NCBI GenBank assembly: GCA_032118015.1 | Contig: JAULYE010000010.1 | Span: forward strand, 5,113 to 69,112 | Direction of reading: 5' to 3' | From: Ilumatobacteraceae bacterium | Lineage (GTDB): Bacteria > Actinomycetota > Acidimicrobiia > Acidimicrobiales > Ilumatobacteraceae | DNA: 64,000 nucleotides | In this document: one piece after another, positions 33,316 through 42,111 of the stretch | Position numbering within the stretch: the first letter of the stretch is position 1 | How the letters are laid out: each line of letters begins with the position of its first letter | Position numbers and translations under genes: made by a program | The notes under the pieces: model-generated | The model's database searches: none | Told to the model about the DNA's origin: nothing | Seen by the model: the letters and a program-made list of their open reading frames with translations, nothing else

Positions 33316-34313
33316 AGCGATTGGGCGCGCTGAACGTGGGCAAGCTACTCGAAGCGAGTTTCGCGCCGGTGGTCATCGTTGTGTTGACCATCTATATGTG
33401 GCTCACGAGTCCGGTCTTCATGACCTCTGTCAACATCACCAACATTTTGTTGCAGGTGTCGATCCTGGCCATCGTCTCGTTCGGCATGACGTTCGTGATC
33501 ATTGCCGGTCAACTCGATCTGTCTCAGGGGTCTGCCAATGCCCTCATCGGAGTCATCGCCGCGGACGTGATGGTTCGATCGGACAACATCTTCGTTGGCA
33601 TCTTGGTTGGCATCGCACTCGGTGTCGGTGTCGGACTCTTCAACGGATACGTCACGGCGTATCTGAAGGTGCCCTCGTTCATCACGACTCTGGGTGTGCT
33701 GGTCATGGCCCGCGGTCTCGCTCGCGAGGTCACGGCTGGAAACACAGTGGGTGGACTGCAGGAGTCCTTCACCGACTTCATGTCGAAGGAATTGCTCGGC
33801 CTCGGGATGCCGGTTCTCATCGCCGTGGTGTGGGGTGTCGTGATGCACGTCTTGCTCAGTCGCACTCAATTCGGGCTCCACGTGTTCAGTGTCGGTGGTA
33901 ATCCGGAGGCCTCTCACCGCGCAGGAATCAACGTCAAGCGGGTTCTGCTCGCAGTATTCGTCGTCAGCGGAATCTCGATTGCAGTGTCGGGTCTCACGCT
34001 CCTCGGTCGAGTGCGCGCCGGTCAGCCAAATGCATCCACCCTTCTCGAACTGTACGCCGTCGCCGCTGTGATCCTTGGTGGGACACGACTCACCGGTGGC
34101 AAGGGATCGATCCCACGCACAGCAGCAGGTGTGCTTCTCATCGGTCTCATCCAGAACTCCTTGAATCTGAAGAACGTCTCGTCGAATTACCAGCAGGTGG
34201 TTCTCGGCTTGGTGTTCATTCTCGCCATGACGACTGAGTCATTCGGTAATCAGGTTCGAGAAATCGCCCGCCGTCTTCGCAATTGGAGATCCGGCGGACA
34301 ACCAGTGTCGTAA
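33312..34313 (+). CDS. ABC sugar-type transporter permease (RbsC/FrcC-like)
   Basis: ATGA overlap with the upstream stop. MKRLGALNVGKLLE...NITNILLQVSILAIVSFGMTFVIIAGQLDLS is typical of BPD_transp_2 permeases. Confidence 0.85.
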   Translation: MKRLGALNVGKLLEASFAPVVIVVLTIYMWLTSPVFMTSVNITNILLQVSILAIVSFGMTFVIIAGQLDLSQGSANALIGVIAADVMVRSDNIFVGILVGIALGVGVGLFNGYVTAYLKVPSFITTLGVLVMARGLAREVTAGNTVGGLQESFTDFMSKELLGLGMPVLIAVVWGVVMHVLLSRTQFGLHVFSVGGNPEASHRAGINVKRVLLAVFVVSGISIAVSGLTLLGRVRAGQPNASTLLELYAVAAVILGGTRLTGGKGSIPRTAAGVLLIGLIQNSLNLKNVSSNYQQVVLGLVFILAMTTESFGNQVREIARRLRNWRSGGQPVS

Positions 34314-34360
34314 GAAGATTTCTCTTACGGCAGCACCACACACACCTTGACAACGGGGGA

Positions 34361-35383
34361 ATGATGAAAACACGCAAATTGGGTATCGCGGCTGCGGCCG
34401 CGGCCATGCTCTTCGGAGTGACCGCATGTGGAAGTGATGACGGCTCGACGTCGTCTGACGCTTCGAGTGCGCCCACCGAAGAGACAAGTGGCGACTGTGC
34501 CGAGACGTACCAGGTTGGCTGGGCCAACCTCGACGCCGGCATTTTGTACTACCGGGATCTCGAGGCGGGACTCCAGGAATTCGCTGACGCGAACTGCTGG
34601 GAACTCGTCGCTACCGACGCTGCATACGACATCCCGAAGCAAATTGCCCAGATCGAAGACATGATCGTCAAGGGCGTCGATCTCATCATCGCCGCTCCTG
34701 GTGATCGTGACGCTCTGGTGGCCGTGTACGAAAAGGCCAATGAAGCGGGTGTTCCGATGCTGTCGACGGGCAACAACCTGGCCGATGGCAACGAGGCTCT
34801 CGAAATCGGTTTCGTCGGCACCGACTGGGAGGTCGAAGGCGTTCGCCAGACGGAATGGATGGTTTCCAAGCTCTCCGATGGTGACAAAGTCGCTCGAATC
34901 GGTGGCGTGGGTGCCACTCAGTACGTCCAGAAGCGCAAGGCTGGCTTCGAGGCGGTCATGGCCGAGAATCCGGGCATCGAAGTCGTGTTCAATCAGGACG
35001 CGAACGGCTTCAACCAGGAAGAGGGACTGCGTCTTGCACAGGATGCGCTCACAGCAAATCCCGATCTGAAGGCCATTTGGGCCGACAGTGACGCCCTCGC
35101 ACTCGGCGCAGTCCAGGCTCTCAATGAGCGTGGCCTCAGCCAGGCGGACGTTCTCGTACTGGGTAGCGACGGCGAGCCGATCGCTTTCGATCAGATTCGC
35201 TCTGGCGAAGGCGTCGACTACACCATTGCCCTTCGTGGATTGCAGTGGGGTCGTCTCACCGCAGAGGTCGCGCATGCGTACCTGACCACGGGTGCCACGG
35301 GATACGAGTACTTCATTCAGGCACCGACCGAGGGTGTCAGCGCTGACAACATCGCCGACCGCACCAACGAGGACCTTCGCTGA
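34361..35383 (+). CDS. Periplasmic-binding-protein-type sugar-binding lipoprotein
   Basis: MMKTRKLGIAAAAAAMLFGVTACGSDDG (lipobox). Peripla_BP_4-like body (VDLIIAAPGD, VPMLSTGN). Confidence 0.8.
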   Translation: MMKTRKLGIAAAAAAMLFGVTACGSDDGSTSSDASSAPTEETSGDCAETYQVGWANLDAGILYYRDLEAGLQEFADANCWELVATDAAYDIPKQIAQIEDMIVKGVDLIIAAPGDRDALVAVYEKANEAGVPMLSTGNNLADGNEALEIGFVGTDWEVEGVRQTEWMVSKLSDGDKVARIGGVGATQYVQKRKAGFEAVMAENPGIEVVFNQDANGFNQEEGLRLAQDALTANPDLKAIWADSDALALGAVQALNERGLSQADVLVLGSDGEPIAFDQIRSGEGVDYTIALRGLQWGRLTAEVAHAYLTTGATGYEYFIQAPTEGVSADNIADRTNEDLR

Positions 35384-35401
35384 GAAGGATGTGAGCTGAA
35401 C

Positions 35402-37021
35402 GTGTCTGGGAACAAGTACCAAAACACCGATGTGTTGATCATTGGTGCCGGGGCGTCGGGCGGCGTTGTCGCCCGACGCCTCTCCCAGGCAGGTCTCAGC
35501 GTGCGCATCCTCGAGCAAGGGCAGTGGCCCGACCGTGGAGCGTTCCGCGGCGCCGAGGATGACTGGGAACTCACATATCGCAAGCAATGGTCTGCCGATC
35601 CGTGTATTCGTCAGCGACCAGAGGACTATCCGATCAACTCCGACGATGCCGACATCACACCGCTGATGTTCAACGGTGTCGGAGGCGGAACAATCATCTA
35701 CAACGGCACGTGGCCGCGAATGCTGCCGTCGGATTTCCGAACGCGGTCTCTCGACGGCGTCGGCGACGATTGGCCTGTCACATACGACGAACTCAAACCG
35801 TTCTACGACCGGACCGATGCCGATTTCGGCGTGTCCGGTCTTGGGGGAGATCCGTTCTTCCCCGACGACATCGACTATCCGTTGCCGCCGCTGCCGCTGG
35901 GCAAGGCGGGCCGCAAGGTTGCAGAGGGTCACAACCAGCTCGGATGGCACTGGTGGTTGGAGCCCAATGCCATCCTTTCACGGGCCTACAACGGACGCCG
36001 GCCGTGCGTGCAGCGAGGAACATGCACCTCTGGATGCGGAGAAGGCGCGAAAGCATCCACCGATCTCACTCACTTTCCGCAGGCCATCGACGATGGAGCC
36101 GAACTCGTCACCGGCGCACGAGTCGTGCGCATCGAACACGACGCCAAGGGCCTCGCTACTGGCGCAACGTATCTCACATCCGATGGAGCGGAGCATTTCG
36201 CTGGCGCGAGCATTGTGATCCTTGCAGCCAACGCGATCGGCACGCCACGACTGTTACTCATGTCCGCATCGAACGCGTTTCCTGATGGGCTGGCCAATCG
36301 GTCGGGCCTCGTCGGCAAGCGACTGATGATGCACACGTTCTCTGTCGTGACTGGATACTTCGAGGAATCCCTCGGAACGTGGCAGGGTCACTTTGGAGCG
36401 AGCATCACCTCCTATGAGTTCTACGAAACCGACCCCAAGCGCGGGTTCGCCCGTGGAGCGAAGTGGGCGTTGTCGCCTGTGGGTGGTCCGCTCGGGCACG
36501 TGTTGCCCCAACGTGCGGGTCAAGCAGTGTGGGGTCCTGCCCATCACGTCGACATGCTCGAGCGGTTCGGAAGAGGGGCTTCATGGGCGATCTTCGGAGA
36601 GGACCTTCCCGAAGAGACCAACTTCGTGTCCCTCGATCCGTCGCTCACTGACAGCAGCGGTCTGCCTGCGCCCAAGGTGACCTACACATTGGCAAAGAAC
36701 TCGATCGACCTCACACACTTCCACGTCGACCGTGCAGTCGAATCAATGGAAGCAGCGGGCGCACGCGCCGTCACCAGCGACGTACTTCTGCCACATTCGG
36801 GATGGCACTTGATGGGCACAGCTCGTATGGGCGACGATCCCAAGACGTCGGTGGTCAACCGTTGGTCGCAGAGCCACGACGTCGCCAATCTGTTCATTGT
36901 CGACGCCAGCCAGTTCGTGACCTCGAGTGGTGTCAACCCGACGAGCACCATTGCCGCCCTCGCATTGCGCGCTGCTGATCACATCGTGTCCTCTCGATCA
37001 GAGATCCAGGTGCCGGCATGA
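35402..37021 (+). CDS. GMC-family FAD-dependent oxidoreductase (gluconate 2-dehydrogenase flavoprotein-like)
   Basis: DVLIIGAGASGGVVARRLSQAGLSVRILEQG (FAD Rossmann). The C-terminus HLMGTARMGDDPKTSVVN...NLFIVDASQFVTS. Confidence 0.85.
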   Translation: MSGNKYQNTDVLIIGAGASGGVVARRLSQAGLSVRILEQGQWPDRGAFRGAEDDWELTYRKQWSADPCIRQRPEDYPINSDDADITPLMFNGVGGGTIIYNGTWPRMLPSDFRTRSLDGVGDDWPVTYDELKPFYDRTDADFGVSGLGGDPFFPDDIDYPLPPLPLGKAGRKVAEGHNQLGWHWWLEPNAILSRAYNGRRPCVQRGTCTSGCGEGAKASTDLTHFPQAIDDGAELVTGARVVRIEHDAKGLATGATYLTSDGAEHFAGASIVILAANAIGTPRLLLMSASNAFPDGLANRSGLVGKRLMMHTFSVVTGYFEESLGTWQGHFGASITSYEFYETDPKRGFARGAKWALSPVGGPLGHVLPQRAGQAVWGPAHHVDMLERFGRGASWAIFGEDLPEETNFVSLDPSLTDSSGLPAPKVTYTLAKNSIDLTHFHVDRAVESMEAAGARAVTSDVLLPHSGWHLMGTARMGDDPKTSVVNRWSQSHDVANLFIVDASQFVTSSGVNPTSTIAALALRAADHIVSSRSEIQVPA

Positions 37022-37428
37022 GTTCTGCACTGATGTCTCGCCTTCTCGATATTGCAGAGCGTCTCGTTCCGACCACCGACACGATGGTCGGAGCCGGAAG
37101 TGTTCCTGAGGCGGAGAAGTTCATCAAGCGTGCGCTCGAGTCGCGTCCCGATCTCGGCGACGGTCTCGAGGACGCAGTCGGTGAGTGCACCGACCAGGTG
37201 ATCGATGCTGCGGTGCGTGGCGAGTCCATCGATTCACAGGCCTTCGAACAGGTCGCAACATTGGTGATCGGCGCTTACTACATGAATCCCGTCGCCCGAC
37301 GCCAGATCGGATATCCGGGTCAGCTCGCTCTCGAGTACGACCCGATGGAGTACGTCACGTGGGTCGACGAAGGCCTACTTGACCAGGTGATGAGCCGGGG
37401 CCCCCGGTTTCGAGAGGTGACTCAATGA
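37018..37428 (+). CDS. Gluconate 2-dehydrogenase subunit 3-like small subunit
   Basis: 136 aa, ATGA-coupled to the GMC gene. The IGAYYMNPVARRQIGYPG motif resembles that family. Tentative call. Confidence 0.5.
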   Translation: MSSALMSRLLDIAERLVPTTDTMVGAGSVPEAEKFIKRALESRPDLGDGLEDAVGECTDQVIDAAVRGESIDSQAFEQVATLVIGAYYMNPVARRQIGYPGQLALEYDPMEYVTWVDEGLLDQVMSRGPRFREVTQ

Positions 37429-38549
37429 AAAGCAGTCGTTCCGTCGTGCTGACGGACTATGCCCTTGGCCCGTCGGTGGTCGAGTTGGAAGTGCCTGCGC
37501 TGCGACCGGGTGAAATCCTCGTCGAGGTCAGTGCCGCCACGGTTTGTGGTACCGACGTGCACATCGCCACAGGGAACTTCCCGCAGTTGGCAACCCTCCC
37601 TTTGGTCATGGGCCATGAGGGAACGGGCATTGTCGTTGCCACGAGTGGCCGTACCGTCGACGTCAATGGACGCAACTTGGATATCGGATCCTCGATCGTC
37701 TGGGCGCATCCGTGGTGCGGTCACTGCTTCAGCTGTGCGATTGCTGAGGAGCCGACGATCTGTGAGAACACTGCCGGGTATGGCTGGGGACCTTCGCCTC
37801 GGGGGAGTTTGAACGGCACGTTTTCGGAGTACTTCATCGTCTCTCCAGAGTCCAAGGTTTTGCGCGTCTCGGATCGTCTCGACCCGGCCTTGGTATCGTC
37901 AGCGACGTGTGCATTGCGCACCGTGATGCATGCTTTGACGCGCATCCCGCGCATCCGCTTCAGCGATCATGTCGTCGTTCTCGGCTCGGGTCCCGTGGGC
38001 TTGTATGCCGCTGCGGTCGCGGCTGCCAGTGGGGCAGCTGGTGTGCACATGATCGGAGGACCGTCCGAGCGTTTGACGATTACCGATGACTGGGGTCTGA
38101 CCACATGCTTTGACATCTTCTCCTCGACACATGAGGAACGGATGGCCGAAATCCTCGACCGAACCGGTGGACGCGGTGCCGATGTGGTCATCGAATGTGC
38201 AGGTCCAGCAGTGGCCTTCAATGAAGGCCTCGACGTACTGCGACGCGGCGGTTCCTATCTCATTTTAGGACAGGCCCATCGTGAAACGGTTCCGGTGAAC
38301 ACAACGGGACTCAAGGTGCGCCAGCAGAACGTGGTGACGTCGCTGTCAGCTGAGATCGTCCACTTCCACGAAGCCATGGCCTTTCTCGAGCGCTATGCCG
38401 AGAGATTCAGTCTCGCTCGGATGGTCGACACCCATGCGTTCTCACTCGATGACGTTTCTTCGGCACTTGGCGTCATGAAGTCCGGCGAAGCGATGAAGCC
38501 AGTGATCGATCCCAGAAACAACTCCCCTCGCAAAGGAACACCCTCGTGA
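37425..38549 (+). CDS. Zn-dependent alcohol dehydrogenase (MDR family)
   Basis: CGTDVHI, GHEGTGIVV, CGHCFSC (structural Zn), LGSGPVGL (NAD). Confidence 0.85.
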   Translation: MKSSRSVVLTDYALGPSVVELEVPALRPGEILVEVSAATVCGTDVHIATGNFPQLATLPLVMGHEGTGIVVATSGRTVDVNGRNLDIGSSIVWAHPWCGHCFSCAIAEEPTICENTAGYGWGPSPRGSLNGTFSEYFIVSPESKVLRVSDRLDPALVSSATCALRTVMHALTRIPRIRFSDHVVVLGSGPVGLYAAAVAAASGAAGVHMIGGPSERLTITDDWGLTTCFDIFSSTHEERMAEILDRTGGRGADVVIECAGPAVAFNEGLDVLRRGGSYLILGQAHRETVPVNTTGLKVRQQNVVTSLSAEIVHFHEAMAFLERYAERFSLARMVDTHAFSLDDVSSALGVMKSGEAMKPVIDPRNNSPRKGTPS

Positions 38550-40030
38550 ACGATCTGTCAACCCTCGGCATTCAGAGCTCGTACGGCATCCAGATCGGTC
38601 ATGCTGAACGTGCCGGCAGCGGTGGCACCATGCCGGTCTACGACCCGAGTACTGGACAGCAGGTGTCGCAAGTTCCTATCGCCTCAGCACAAGATGTCGA
38701 CGATGCGGTCTCGGCGGCCAAGTCGGCCTTCCCGTCGTGGCGGGCGTTGAGTGTGGCCGAACGCGGCGACTACTTGCGCCGGCTCGCCGACGCCATGCGC
38801 GCCAACCGGGATCGGCTCGCAGCGATCGATGCACTCGATAGTGGGAATCCCTACGAGGCGATGAAGCGGGATCTCGATTACGCCGCTCAGTCTCTCGACT
38901 ACTTCGCTGGCATCGCCCGCGAACTTGGAGGACGCACACTGTCGGCTTCGCCGGACGGGCTGCACATGACGTTGACCGAGCCCTACGGCGTCGTGGCGCG
39001 CATCATTCCTTTCAACCATCCGCTGATGTTCAGCGCCTATCACATCGCTGCACCTCTGGTGGCGGGCAACACGGTGGTGCTCAAGGCCCCTGATCAGACG
39101 CCGATCGCACCACTCGAGTTCGGTCGACTAGCGAGCACCATCCTCCCAGATGGAGTGCTCTCGGTTCTCACTGGTGATGGACGGACCACGGGGGAGGCGG
39201 TCGTTGCCCATCCCGATATTCGTCGCATCGGTTTCACTGGCCGACGCGAGACGGGCTTGCGAGTGATCGAAGCTGCAGCTCAGAGCGGACATCTGAAGAA
39301 CGTCACAGTTGAGCTTGGCGGAAAGAATCCGATGATCGTGTTCCCGGACGCAGATCCCGCTTTCGTTGCAGAGCAGGCCGTTGCAGCGATGAACTTCGAG
39401 TCCTCTCAAGGCCAGAGTTGTGGTTCCACCTCCCGACTGCTCGTGCACGAATCATTGCGTGCCGAAGTCGTCGAGGCGCTGCACGCCCGCATGAGTTCGA
39501 TCATCGTCGGACCGGCTCTCGCGCCGACGACGACAATGGGACCACTCGTTTCGAGTGCCCAGGCCGAACGGGTCATGGAATTCATCGAAGAGGGTCGACG
39601 CACGGCTCGGCTGGTGCTCGGAGGAGGCCGCACTGATGCGGTTCGGGAACATGGCGGCTACTACGTGGCGCCCACACTCTTCGACGACGTGACTCCAGAT
39701 CATCTCATTGCGCGCGAGGAGATTTTCGGACCCGTGCTGTCTGTGATGTCCTGGAAGAAGTTCGACGATGTGATGACGATCGCCAACCACACCAACTACG
39801 GACTCACGGCCAACGTCATCACCAACAACTACGGCTGGGCGCTCGATGCTGCCCGCAAGGTGGAAGCTGGGTGCGTCTGGATCAACGGGCGCGGTCAGCA
39901 CTACCTGGATACTCCGTTCGGCGGCTACAAAGACAGCGGCCTCGGATCTGAAGGATCCATGGAGTCCTTGCGGAGTTACACCCGAACCAAGGCTTTGCAC
40001 ATGCTCAATATCACCCCCTATCAGGATTGA
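38546..40030 (+). CDS. NAD(P)-dependent aldehyde dehydrogenase
   Basis: VTVELGGKNP, ESSQGQSCGSTSRL (catalytic Cys), EEIFGPV, 494 aa. Confidence 0.9.
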   Translation: MNDLSTLGIQSSYGIQIGHAERAGSGGTMPVYDPSTGQQVSQVPIASAQDVDDAVSAAKSAFPSWRALSVAERGDYLRRLADAMRANRDRLAAIDALDSGNPYEAMKRDLDYAAQSLDYFAGIARELGGRTLSASPDGLHMTLTEPYGVVARIIPFNHPLMFSAYHIAAPLVAGNTVVLKAPDQTPIAPLEFGRLASTILPDGVLSVLTGDGRTTGEAVVAHPDIRRIGFTGRRETGLRVIEAAAQSGHLKNVTVELGGKNPMIVFPDADPAFVAEQAVAAMNFESSQGQSCGSTSRLLVHESLRAEVVEALHARMSSIIVGPALAPTTTMGPLVSSAQAERVMEFIEEGRRTARLVLGGGRTDAVREHGGYYVAPTLFDDVTPDHLIAREEIFGPVLSVMSWKKFDDVMTIANHTNYGLTANVITNNYGWALDAARKVEAGCVWINGRGQHYLDTPFGGYKDSGLGSEGSMESLRSYTRTKALHMLNITPYQD

Positions 40031-40045
40031 ACAGGAGACAGTTAC

Positions 40046-40768
40046 ATGACCACCATTGATGTCACAAGCGCAGAGGTCCTCGCTGCCAAGCAAGACGTTG
40101 CCGATGCCACGCGCATCTTGGCCCGAGAAAAGTTGATCGGTCCATTCGGACATCCGAGCGTGCGTATCGCTGGCACGAACCTCGTTGCCATCTTGGGAGA
40201 CACGCACTTTGCGGTGAAGTTGTTGACAGAGGTCGGGCCTGAAGACGTCGCGATCATCGACATGGACGGAGAGCCACTCGATCCGTCGATCAGCGGACCG
40301 GGAGAGCGTTTCATCCACACCGAGATCTACAAGGCTCGACCCGACGTCAATGCGATCGTTCACGCTCACCCGGCTAACTGCATTGCCTTCAGCGTGTCGG
40401 ATCGCCCGTTGCAGCCGCTGTGGCACCTTTGCACCGAGGTGTCCCAGGGTGTTCCAGTGCACATGAAGTCGATCCAGATCGACACCCCTGAGCTAGCCGC
40501 CGACCTCGCCGCCACGATGGGCTACCGCCCCTTCGTCTTGTTGCACGGGCACGGCAGTGTCGCTGTGGGCGATTGCATGGCGACGGCCTGCGTCCGCCAG
40601 ATCAGCCTCGAGCGGGCGGCCAAACTGCAAGCCACGGTCGACGCCATGGGTGGTAGCACCCCGATCGCAGCTGATGAGATCAAGTCCGATGGGCTGAGTG
40701 TGGGTCTCACGCAGGAAGAAATCAACGCGCAGTGGGATTACTGGCGTCTCGAGATTTCGCGCCTGTGA
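40046..40768 (+). CDS. Class II aldolase/adducin family protein
   Basis: GHPSVRI...ERFIHTEIYKARPDVNAIVHAHP...LLHGHGSV. Confidence 0.8.
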   Translation: MTTIDVTSAEVLAAKQDVADATRILAREKLIGPFGHPSVRIAGTNLVAILGDTHFAVKLLTEVGPEDVAIIDMDGEPLDPSISGPGERFIHTEIYKARPDVNAIVHAHPANCIAFSVSDRPLQPLWHLCTEVSQGVPVHMKSIQIDTPELAADLAATMGYRPFVLLHGHGSVAVGDCMATACVRQISLERAAKLQATVDAMGGSTPIAADEIKSDGLSVGLTQEEINAQWDYWRLEISRL

Positions 40769-40787
40769 TCGACTCAAGGCCCACTTC

Positions 40788-41633
40788 GTGAAACCTGCGC
40801 CACTCCATTTCGTGCGAGCGTCGAGTTACGACGACGTGTGGCGTGCTTTCGCGGAGTCCGGCGGGGACGCGAAGGTGATCGCTGGGGGTCAGAGTTTGGT
40901 CGCGCTCCTCAATTTGCGTTTGGCAACTCCGGGAACGGTGGTCGACGTGAGTGGAATCGATGATCTTCGCCACATGTCCGTATCGCCGTCGGAGATCCGA
41001 ATCGGAGCGATGGTGGCTCAGTGGACCGTTGAGCATGATCCGGAGATTCAGCAGATTCTGCCGGTCCTGTCCCGAGCGGTGTCACATATCGGTCATCCTC
41101 AGATTCGCAGTCGGGGAACTGTGGGCGGAAACGTCGCCCACGCAGATCCTTCATCGGAATTGCCCGCGCTCATGGTCGTCATGGAGGCAACGATGGAAGT
41201 TCTGGGACCGAGTGGACTACGGAGGGTTCCCGCTGCGGATTTCTTCTTGGGCCCGTATACGACAGCTCTCGACGATGATGAAATCCTTGTGCACATCGTG
41301 ATCGGTCGTGAGGCGATCGAGCGACGGTACGGTTTCCATGAGATTGCCCGATGCCGTGGGGCGTTCGCCATGACTGGAGCTGTGGGGTCGATGAAACGTG
41401 GACCGGAGAGTCTTCGTCTTGCGTTGTTCGGTGTGGCGTCGGCACCGGTGCAGATCGATCTCGGATCACTCGACGTGATGTCGGCGTGGCCCACCGAGGA
41501 ATTCGATCGTCTGCTGTCTGGACATTTCGCCGAGATGCTGGCACCCAATGACGACTTCCAGGCAACAGCAGATCAGCGCCGGTCGTATGCGGTGGTGTGC
41601 ACGAAGAAGGTGCTGCATGAACTTCTCGGCTGA
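40788..41633 (+). CDS. FAD-binding medium subunit of a xanthine dehydrogenase/CoxM-type molybdoenzyme
   Basis: GTG 40788. KVIAGGQSLVALLNLRLATP, IRSRGTVGGNVAHADP. Confidence 0.8.
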   Translation: MKPAPLHFVRASSYDDVWRAFAESGGDAKVIAGGQSLVALLNLRLATPGTVVDVSGIDDLRHMSVSPSEIRIGAMVAQWTVEHDPEIQQILPVLSRAVSHIGHPQIRSRGTVGGNVAHADPSSELPALMVVMEATMEVLGPSGLRRVPAADFFLGPYTTALDDDEILVHIVIGREAIERRYGFHEIARCRGAFAMTGAVGSMKRGPESLRLALFGVASAPVQIDLGSLDVMSAWPTEEFDRLLSGHFAEMLAPNDDFQATADQRRSYAVVCTKKVLHELLG

Positions 41634-42111
41634 AACTGACATGCATCTCGATGTCGAAGTGACCGTCAATGGCGTTCGTGTTCGGCGCAGCATCGATGCC
41701 CGTATGCTGTTGATCGATTTTCTTCGCGTCGAACTCGGTCTCACTGGCACGCACAACGGCTGTTCGTACGGCGTGTGCGGAGCCTGCTCAGTCCTTGTGG
41801 ACGGAGTGCCGGCGCGGTCGTGTTTGGCTTTGGCCGTACAACTCGACGGAGCGACGATCGAGACCATCGAGTCTGTGTCACAAACTCAGCGCGGCTCGGA
41901 GATTTTGGAAACCTTCAGTCGATGTCGCGGACTGCAGTGCGGGTTCTGCACACCGGGCATCGTCATGAGTCTCGTCGAACTCGATCGACGATCCCCGTCC
42001 CCATCACCCGATGAGATCGAGGACACGATTGACGGACACTTGTGTCGATGTACGGGATATGTCGCCATCAAACGTGCGGCACATGAGATTTTGGGAGACG
42101 TCGAGCCATGA
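41617..42111 (+). CDS. [2Fe-2S]-binding small subunit (CoxS-type)
   Basis: GCSYGVCGACSVLVDG and CGFCTPGIVMS...CRCTGY cysteine clusters. Confidence 0.9.
   Translation: MNFSAETDMHLDVEVTVNGVRVRRSIDARMLLIDFLRVELGLTGTHNGCSYGVCGACSVLVDGVPARSCLALAVQLDGATIETIESVSQTQRGSEILETFSRCRGLQCGFCTPGIVMSLVELDRRSPSPSPDEIEDTIDGHLCRCTGYVAIKRAAHEILGDVEP

Noticed and set aside
34325-35950. 541-aa ORF on the minus strand. Similar long ORFs occur at 31859-32884, 6155-7306, 9194-10438, 10957-11838, 43372-44178 and 58404-59525.
   Set aside because: All are antisense to genes with clear family motifs. They are Arg/Pro/Ser/Gly-rich and are typical shadow ORFs of high-GC DNA.
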